Positions 58,622-64,000 of a stretch of DNA of 64,000 nucleotides are shown here, one piece after another (position 1 is the stretch's first letter; each line of letters begins with the position of its first letter). Both the position numbers and the translations under genes were made by a program. Origin of the DNA: Escherichia virus TH38. The stretch lies in the sequence record MT446410.1; one strand, written 5' to 3'. The notes beneath the pieces were generated by a model, which was not told the DNA's origin, searched no databases, and was given only the letters and a program-made list of their open reading frames with translations.

Positions 58622-58879
58622 TTACTTAAAGATAAAATGCATAACTGCGTCATATGCTTTAAACAGAAGCCAACCTATTGGATAAAAAACTCCTGCCAGT
58701 ATTGAGATAGGCCACAACACAATTAAGAGCACAACCATCATCTCATCAGGTTCAGAGCTGGTAGACCCTGTTGTAATGACCCCTTTTAGTAGACCTTTCT
58801 TGTATAGCAGTTTCAGCACTAAAACAGAAAGGAATACTCCAATAAAGTAAACTGAGATAAAAATATCAAGTAAACCCAT
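58622..58879 (-). CDS. small membrane protein (2 TM)
   Basis: Hydrophobic segments FISVYFIGVFLSVLVLKLL and VVLLIVLWPISILAGVF. Confidence 0.45.
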   Translation of the reverse strand: MGLLDIFISVYFIGVFLSVLVLKLLYKKGLLKGVITTGSTSSEPDEMMVVLLIVLWPISILAGVFYPIGWLLFKAYDAVMHFIFK

Positions 58880-59031
58880 TTAATCGTCTCTTACTTATTC
58901 ATCTCTCGTCGGCTATCTCTCCAAGCCAACCAAGTGTAGGTTTTCAGTTCTTCAAAGTCTTCTGGAGAGAAGAGATAATCTTTGAAGGTGTCCCCAAACC
59001 ACTCTAAAAATTCTTCAGTCATAAGATTCTC

Positions 59032-59205
59032 TTAACAAGATTGATCACAAGGCTGATCTCCACATGTTTTACAGATCACTGGTGAGTAACTACAGGCAGG
59101 ATATACTGACACCCCATCAAATGTCTCACACCCACAATCAGGGCATGTACCGTTGGATTCCATGTCATCATCGTCATCTACTTCACCGCCACCAAAACAA
59201 CTCAT
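59032..59205 (-). CDS. small Cys-rich zinc-binding protein (57 aa)
   Basis: By-eye ORF with strong RBS aaggag; MSCFGGGEVDDDDD...CPDCGCE...CKTCGDQPCDQSC. Confidence 0.4.
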   Translation of the reverse strand: MSCFGGGEVDDDDDMESNGTCPDCGCETFDGVSVYPACSYSPVICKTCGDQPCDQSC

Positions 59206-59214
59206 ACAGGCTCC

Positions 59215-59505
59215 TTAGTAAACTAAACCTACAACCTTTGCGTTGGATTGAGGAGTGACTTCAGCGGCTGGACGAAATCCGTCAACAACGCCGTTGCAGA
59301 TGTTGATGCAGGTAATATACCCTCCAACCTCTTGGTCGCCCTTAATCCAAAAACCATTATCATGTCTAAAAGCACTCCCACTAAGAAGTGTAGACAAAGG
59401 AACTACTGGTAATGTTTGCTTAGCTTCAAATAACATAATAACCTCAATTATCGTAGCATGTATCCCAATACATGTAGTTAACATATGTTCTCGGTTTGAG
59501 TCCAT
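59215..59505 (-). CDS. hypothetical protein
   Basis: 96-aa ORF; overlaps next ORF so true start may be internal. Confidence 0.3.
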   Translation of the reverse strand: MDSNREHMLTTCIGIHATIIEVIMLFEAKQTLPVVPLSTLLSGSAFRHDNGFWIKGDQEVGGYITCINICNGVVDGFRPAAEVTPQSNAKVVGLVY

Positions 59506-59698
59506 ATATGATGAAGTGAGTCTTCTTAATCCTTTCTTTCAAGGTATAATAAAGTCCATCACTGAAGTTACCAATCTTTACTTGGAAACGTAAAGAGCGG
59601 GCATCCATTCGAAGCATGGAGTTTAACTGGAACTTACTACCCCCAGCCATCTCTTCAAGAAGCTTCTTTGTATTCCAATAATGAGCTGTCATATACAC
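59444..59698 (-). CDS. hypothetical protein
   Basis: 84-aa ORF. Confidence 0.3.
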   Translation of the reverse strand: MYMTAHYWNTKKLLEEMAGGSKFQLNSMLRMDARSLRFQVKIGNFSDGLYYTLKERIKKTHFIIYGLKPRTYVNYMYWDTCYDN

Positions 59699-59862
59699 CT
59701 CAATGTCTTAGGGTTACTGATGAAAGATCTCCTACTGAGTACTCAAGAACCTCTTTCACAGGGTATTCATTCCCTGAAGGTTCTTCGATGTAGACGATAG
59801 CATCTGGACCACAAGTAACAGATAAGTTTTCAAGAGTTCTAATGAGTTCTTCAATAGTCACA

Positions 59863-60162
59863 TTACCACTCCTTACCGGTTGTTGTTACAGAACCGCCAC
59901 ACCACAACGCTGTATCGATCACAACATTGTCTGGCGTAGACTTCTCTTCGTTGATAGAAGGGTTAGCATTAGAGCAGGTTGCCCCGTTGTAGCGCATATC
60001 AATATCACCACTAGGAATCTTGTTTCCTGAATGCCAGCGAGATACACAAATACCATCCACTGCTACTGCACACCACCCATCAGGGCGGCTCTGTACGCAG
60101 CCTGTAAGGGCCACACAGACAAGGAAGATACAGATTAAGGATATTACACCACCCCAACTCAT
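59863..60162 (-). CDS. Cys-rich lipoprotein
   Basis: Signal peptide with lipobox LTGC (ISLICIFLVCVALTGC); 99 aa. Confidence 0.5.
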   Translation of the reverse strand: MSWGGVISLICIFLVCVALTGCVQSRPDGWCAVAVDGICVSRWHSGNKIPSGDIDMRYNGATCSNANPSINEEKSTPDNVVIDTALWCGGSVTTTGKEW

Positions 60163-60182
60163 AATTAACTCCTATTAGATTT

Positions 60183-60260
60183 GGTGGACTATCTGGAATC
60201 GAACCAGAAGCTCACTAAGAAAGTAATTCCCACTGTTATAAAAGCACTTGCCTCAACAGG
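60183..60260 (-). tRNA. tRNA-like element (T-arm plus acceptor 3' strand plus CCA); full cloverleaf not resolved by eye
   Basis: - strand TCTGG-TTCGATT-CCAGA T-arm and ...CCACCA 3' end; no matching 5' acceptor strand found by hand. Confidence 0.25.
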
Positions 60261-60303
60261 GATACACTAACTCTGGTGCCGCACCCATACTAGCCCTAAA
60301 TGT

Positions 60304-60380
60304 GGTGCGCCCTACAGGACTCGAACCTGTAACCAATAGCTTAGAAGTAAAGTTTCTATCCTTGTAATGAAGTTTTCATT
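60304..60380 (-). tRNA. tRNA-like element / possible degenerate tRNA-Arg copy
   Basis: - strand ACAGG-TTCGAGT-CCTGT T-arm, acceptor AGGGCGC-A-CCA, anticodon-loop-like CTTCTAA identical to neighbouring tRNA-Arg; 5' half does not fold. Confidence 0.25.
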
Positions 60381-60381
60381 G

Positions 60382-60456
60382 TGGCGTTCCCTCGTGGAAT
60401 CGAACCACGAATAAGAGCTTAGAAGGCTCCAGTTATATCCGTTTAACTAAGGGAAC
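60382..60456 (-). tRNA. tRNA-Arg (anticodon UCU)
   Basis: Hand-folded cloverleaf: acceptor GTTCCCT/AGGGAAC, D-stem GTTA/TAAC, anticodon stem GGAGC/GCTCT with loop CTTCTAA, T-arm CGTGG-TTCGATT-CCACG, encoded CCA. Confidence 0.7.
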
Positions 60457-60462
60457 ATTACA

Positions 60463-60813
60463 ATGAAAACTTGCACAACCTGTCACACCCAAAAGGAAGA
60501 TTCAGATTTTTACAAGAAAGGAGATCGACTTCATTCTATGTGTAAACAATGCTTCAATGCCTACTGTATTGAACGTTGGAGACAAAGAAAGACTCAAGCG
60601 GTTAAAGATTTCGGAGGTAAGTGTCATGACTGCAACCAAGAGTACCCAGATGCAGTCTTTGATTTCCACCACCTAGATCCCTCTGAAAAAGATTTTGATT
60701 GGAATAAACTTAGACTCCGATCTATTGACTCTATCAGAGAAGAGTTAAGCAAGTGCGTAATGCTCTGTGCTAACTGCCACCGTATTCGTCACATTGATTG
60801 CTCTGTCCATTGA
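60463..60813 (+). CDS. HNH endonuclease
   Basis: CTTCH...CKQC zinc finger and FDFHHLDP...CANCHRIRH HNH motif; only + strand gene within - strand block, next to tRNAs. Confidence 0.7.
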   Translation: MKTCTTCHTQKEDSDFYKKGDRLHSMCKQCFNAYCIERWRQRKTQAVKDFGGKCHDCNQEYPDAVFDFHHLDPSEKDFDWNKLRLRSIDSIREELSKCVMLCANCHRIRHIDCSVH

Positions 60814-60833
60814 GCTAAGGGTGCTAGATTTGT

Positions 60834-61043
60834 TTAACTAAAGATACGAATGGCTACATCGTGACCAATATGACCGGGAACTTTATGCTGTTCTATTTTC
60901 AAACAGTGTTTACAGATACGAGATACACGAGATTCTTTTCTCTCGACCGGAGTGTCTTTAGCGTGGGTGATATGTAGGTTCTCAGTGATCACCCACTCAT
61001 GTTTGCACTCAGAATCTTTGGGCTTTTTCTTACGAAAGAACAT
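60834..61043 (-). CDS. small zinc-ribbon protein, tandem family member
   Basis: Start at internal ATG (MFFRKKKPKDSECKHEW...ICKHC). Confidence 0.4.
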   Translation of the reverse strand: MFFRKKKPKDSECKHEWVITENLHITHAKDTPVERKESRVSRICKHCLKIEQHKVPGHIGHDVAIRIFS

Positions 61044-61051
61044 AACACCCC

Positions 61052-61216
61052 TTAGATCAGATCTGTTTTCTTGTGCAGACCACACACTTTACAGCGAGAG
61101 TAGATACGCAACCCTTGTCGCTCTCTGTCAGTAAGTTTATTTGTGATCGTCAGTTCATAAGTATGAAGATCTTCCCACTCATGGAAATGAAATAGACGTT
61201 TGAACCGTTTAATCAT
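61052..61216 (-). CDS. small zinc-ribbon protein, tandem family member (54 aa)
   Basis: By-eye ORF MIKRFKRLFHFHEW...CKVCG; RBS aagga. Confidence 0.4.
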   Translation of the reverse strand: MIKRFKRLFHFHEWEDLHTYELTITNKLTDRERQGLRIYSRCKVCGLHKKTDLI

Positions 61217-61225
61217 AATGATTCC

Positions 61226-61387
61226 TTAGATTACATCACGATGACTAACATCACCACACACCTTACACTGGATAATGTAACGTGTGCCCTTGTCATTGTT
61301 CCCATCTGAATCTGTATAGACCAGAGGACGGGTGTTAATAATCTTCCAATCATGACAATGGAAGACACGCTTTAGCCACTTGAACAT
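61226..61387 (-). CDS. small zinc-ribbon protein, tandem family member (53 aa)
   Basis: Start at internal ATG (MFKWLKRVFHCHDW...CKVCG). Confidence 0.4.
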   Translation of the reverse strand: MFKWLKRVFHCHDWKIINTRPLVYTDSDGNNDKGTRYIIQCKVCGDVSHRDVI

Positions 61388-61394
61388 ATTAACC

Positions 61395-61646
61395 TCAAGC
61401 ACAAGCAGGGAGAGTGATGATTTTATACTGACCTTCGAACTCTCCAAACAAACCCAAGAATGTAGGACTGTAAGTACCAGTACAAACAAACTCATCAAAC
61501 AGTGCGTTATAACTAGGCTTGATCTTCCAAGCCCATACATAGCCCATCTTGTCAATTGCAATGTAACGAGTGTTCAGAGGAACAGTCATCATTACACCGT
61601 CAACTTCGATCACTTTAGTGATTGGTGCAGCTTGAAAGTTTTTCAT
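61395..61646 (-). CDS. hypothetical protein
   Basis: 83-aa ORF. Confidence 0.4.
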   Translation of the reverse strand: MKNFQAAPITKVIEVDGVMMTVPLNTRYIAIDKMGYVWAWKIKPSYNALFDEFVCTGTYSPTFLGLFGEFEGQYKIITLPACA

Positions 61647-61819
61647 ACTTTACCTTTAATAAAAATATCATTGCCACAGACACAGCATGAACGAACAACA
61701 GTAGCGCCACGCTGAACGATACGAACCTCTTCTTTAACCAGATTAACACGAGCACCGCAGCAAGGGGAGTTGACATAAGAGTAACCAGCTTGCGTATGTT
61801 TGATTGTTTGCTTAGACAT
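61643..61819 (-). CDS. small zinc-ribbon protein (58 aa)
   Basis: By-eye ORF ...SPCCGARV...SCCVCGND; stop overlaps next ATG. Confidence 0.35.
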   Translation of the reverse strand: MSKQTIKHTQAGYSYVNSPCCGARVNLVKEEVRIVQRGATVVRSCCVCGNDIFIKGKV

Positions 61820-61873
61820 TTTAGCTTCCTCTTGTTAGTTTAAGTAAGAGTTGTCCCTTAATTAAAACAACAA

Positions 61874-61893
61874 AGGCCGCCCGAAGGCAGCCT
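61874..61893 (-). terminator. rho-independent terminator (- strand)
   Basis: AGGCTGCC-TTCG-GGCGGCCT then T-rich tract on - strand. Confidence 0.6.
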
Positions 61894-61897
61894 CTCT

Positions 61898-62149
61898 TTA
61901 TTGACTCACACCACGAATCAGATGATTCTGTAGCGTACCGTCTTCTGCATTATACAGGAATGCGAACATCAACTCCTTAGCCACATCTCTTGAGCAATTA
62001 AGACACTTAGAGATTTGAGTTAGTTGCATGTTACGTTCAGTGTGTTCCATCAAGGCAATGCGAATGATCTCTCGCATACCTATTACATGAACTGTTTTAA
62101 CCGGCATAGGTCCAATTACCTTGCTTGTTACGAATGGCTGACATTGCAT
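61898..62149 (-). CDS. hypothetical protein
   Basis: 83-aa ORF. Confidence 0.4.
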   Translation of the reverse strand: MQCQPFVTSKVIGPMPVKTVHVIGMREIIRIALMEHTERNMQLTQISKCLNCSRDVAKELMFAFLYNAEDGTLQNHLIRGVSQ

Positions 62150-62595
62150 GAATCCAGAAGCCTTCCAGTTTCAGAGCACCGTTAGCTACTGCATCCATAC
62201 GTTCAGGGCGGTTCATACGTTTGGTTGATACTTTCATACCTATCTCTCTTTGTTAGTGGAGGCATTATTGCCAGTTGATATAAGGGATAGCCCTAGTCAG
62301 TAGACTAATCCTGACCGCGTACTCATTGCCGACCCTCTCTGCCTAAGAGTTCAGGTTCTAGAGCTATCTCTTATTCCAACTGGTGAAGACTCCCTACCCC
62401 TAGGAAGTCTCCTGAATCCCAAACTAATACGTACCCCTACATATCAGAAAGTCTTTCGAAAATTAACAGGTTTTAGTCTAGCACCGGATGTTCGAGCAAG
62501 CTCTCCCTAGCGGTGTGGCATATGCCTGAATTAATAAGTTAATGAGGAACACCCTCACATAGCCCTCTGATAAACACAAGGGCTATAAGTCGGTG

Positions 62596-62814
62596 TTACT
62601 TTTGGGATAAACACAGATCGGGACGTGGCATAACAGTGGTTGATAGACCGAAGACTTCAACATAACCACTGCTCAAGTTAGCAGCCTTACACAAACCATC
62701 AGGGGTTTTATCTTCTAGCATCAGCCAGAAACGTTTATCGTAAGAGAAAACATCACCACCTTTAACATCTTCTGCATTTGCATATTTAGGATAATCAACT
62801 ACTTTAATTTCCAT
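62596..62814 (-). CDS. small protein, GDVF-family paralog
   Basis: VKGGDVFSY motif. Confidence 0.4.
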   Translation of the reverse strand: MEIKVVDYPKYANAEDVKGGDVFSYDKRFWLMLEDKTPDGLCKAANLSSGYVEVFGLSTTVMPRPDLCLSQK

Positions 62815-62824
62815 CTACTTACCT

Positions 62825-63043
62825 TTATTGATTGATGGTTAGATGAACTAACTTATTAACATGGGCGAAGTTAGGAAGGATTTGCATCTCGTTGTTAAGG
62901 ATATTAAAACAACGAACCCCGCCCTCTACAGCATAGGCAGATTTCTGAAACAAGCTACCTCTCCACACAAATACATCATGTGTTTCAAGAGATCGCAACT
63001 GAACAGCTTCATCATCAATCTTTTTCTCAATGTTCATATTCAC
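62825..63043 (-). CDS. small protein, GDVF-family paralog
   Basis: LETHDVFVW motif. Confidence 0.4.
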   Translation of the reverse strand: MNMNIEKKIDDEAVQLRSLETHDVFVWRGSLFQKSAYAVEGGVRCFNILNNEMQILPNFAHVNKLVHLTINQ

Positions 63044-63294
63044 TTCCGATTAGTAATAACAACGTCATGAAGAAGAACAACCTTGCTTTTCGAGCTAAGT
63101 TTAAGGACTTGCTTATTTGTCAGACTAAGGACGACACAACCCCCATCAGAAGGCTTGGTCTCTTCAATCTGTGAGGTAAATAGCTGAACAACCATGTAGA
63201 AATCTGCTCGTGTTTCCCTGATTTGGAATACATCCCCAAGTTTGAGATCACCAACACACAAAGACGGTTCATTTACTTCAAGATTAATCTTCAT
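63040..63294 (-). CDS. small protein, GDVF-family paralog
   Basis: LKLGDVFQI motif. Confidence 0.4.
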   Translation of the reverse strand: MKINLEVNEPSLCVGDLKLGDVFQIRETRADFYMVVQLFTSQIEETKPSDGGCVVLSLTNKQVLKLSSKSKVVLLHDVVITNRK

Positions 63295-63544
63295 CTTTAG
63301 CCTCTATGTTGGTTATATGGAGATCACTGCGTACTTGGCAAACTTCATCCCGTTTAAAAGGCATGAGCTTTCCAGTTACCACATCAACACAGTTGACATA
63401 ATTGTCTGCGTACAATGTGTCGGTTCTGATGTAAAGGGATTCTTTACGCTCAAACAGAACCCCCGGCTTCATGTTATTTAATCGAAGCATTGTACGATCA
63501 GATTTAATATTAACTTTCACTGTTAATCTCCTGCTGCTTAGCAA
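63284..63544 (-). CDS. small protein, GDVF-family-like paralog
   Basis: MKPGVLFER motif (divergent). Confidence 0.35.
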   Translation of the reverse strand: MLSSRRLTVKVNIKSDRTMLRLNNMKPGVLFERKESLYIRTDTLYADNYVNCVDVVTGKLMPFKRDEVCQVRSDLHITNIEAKDED

Positions 63545-63806
63545 TAGCTACTCGCAAGTCTTCATTAGCACGAGCAAGTCGTAATACTTCATGGTTGAGG
63601 TTCTGAAGACGCTCATTTCTGTCTTCAACTTGCATAATAAGATCATTAAGTGTTACTTTAACTTTCTCATTATACATCTCATCCACTCGGACTAGAGATT
63701 TATACATTCTCTCCCAGCTTGCTGCTTTGTTTCTGAGAACAATAAACCCTATAACGCTGATAGTTAAACAGCTTACAAAAAGGAATTTATATACCTCTAA
63801 AGTCAT
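63510..63806 (-). CDS. small membrane-anchored coiled-coil protein
   Basis: N-terminal TM (FLFVSCLTISVIGFIVL) followed by charged helix. Confidence 0.4.
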   Translation of the reverse strand: MTLEVYKFLFVSCLTISVIGFIVLRNKAASWERMYKSLVRVDEMYNEKVKVTLNDLIMQVEDRNERLQNLNHEVLRLARANEDLRVAIAKQQEINSES

Positions 63807-64000
63807 ATTATTTACCCTTTATCAGAGATTAAAAGTAATATTATTTAAGTAAGTTATATTTAGTAAACTTATTTTCTAAGAAATTTTCAAAGGGTCTATA
63901 TACAGAGCATTACCCATAGTCCCAGAATACTACCATCTTTTTCAATAAATTTACTAAGTGGTTGGTTTATAAAGGAATTTAGTTTGTCAAATCTGGCACT

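Noticed and set aside
59064-59258. Listed + strand 64-aa ORF
   Set aside because: Antisense to a - strand Cys-rich ORF with a strong RBS in a uniformly - strand block
60183-60380. Calling the two T-arm-bearing elements complete tRNA genes
   Set aside because: No 5' acceptor strand complementary to the 3' acceptor could be found by hand; reported as low-confidence tRNA-like elements instead

Overview
This window is a densely packed tailed-phage (podovirus-like) genome segment with two convergent transcription blocks meeting at a bidirectional terminator near 24.6 kb. The + strand (1-24610) is a late structural module: scaffold, major capsid with a likely programmed -1 frameshift into an Ig-like extension, an inserted HNH endonuclease, tail fibres (one with a C-terminal S74-type chaperone), a GH24 lysozyme, a lytic transglycosylase, Q/N-rich internal proteins and a ~1470-aa internal protein. 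The - strand (24976-63806) is an early/middle module: split family-A DNA polymerase (exonuclease and polymerase genes ~8.5 kb apart), primase-helicase, T7 gp2.5-like SSB, 5'-3' exonuclease, PhoH, ThyX, dCTP deaminase, thioredoxin, Dps-like protein, macro domain, an ECF-like sigma factor, a spanin pair, HNH endonucleases, one tRNA-Arg(UCU) plus two tRNA-like fragments, and many small zinc-ribbon and paralogous proteins. The sigma factor and gene content resemble phiEco32-type phages, but that is inference only. The most unusual content is a - strand operon (46.2-55.8 kb) combining an ATP-grasp ligase, a class-II glutamine amidotransferase fused to a Cys-rich domain (apparently started at a non-canonical ATT codon), one or two GS-like amidoligases and a gamma-glutamyl cyclotransferase-like protein: a candidate amide-bond-forming modification pathway of unknown product. 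All calls come from reading the sequence and ORF translations; no database search was run. Coordinates taken from the ORF track are exact; features found by eye (terminators, promoter motifs, small ORFs, tRNAs) may be off by a few nucleotides.
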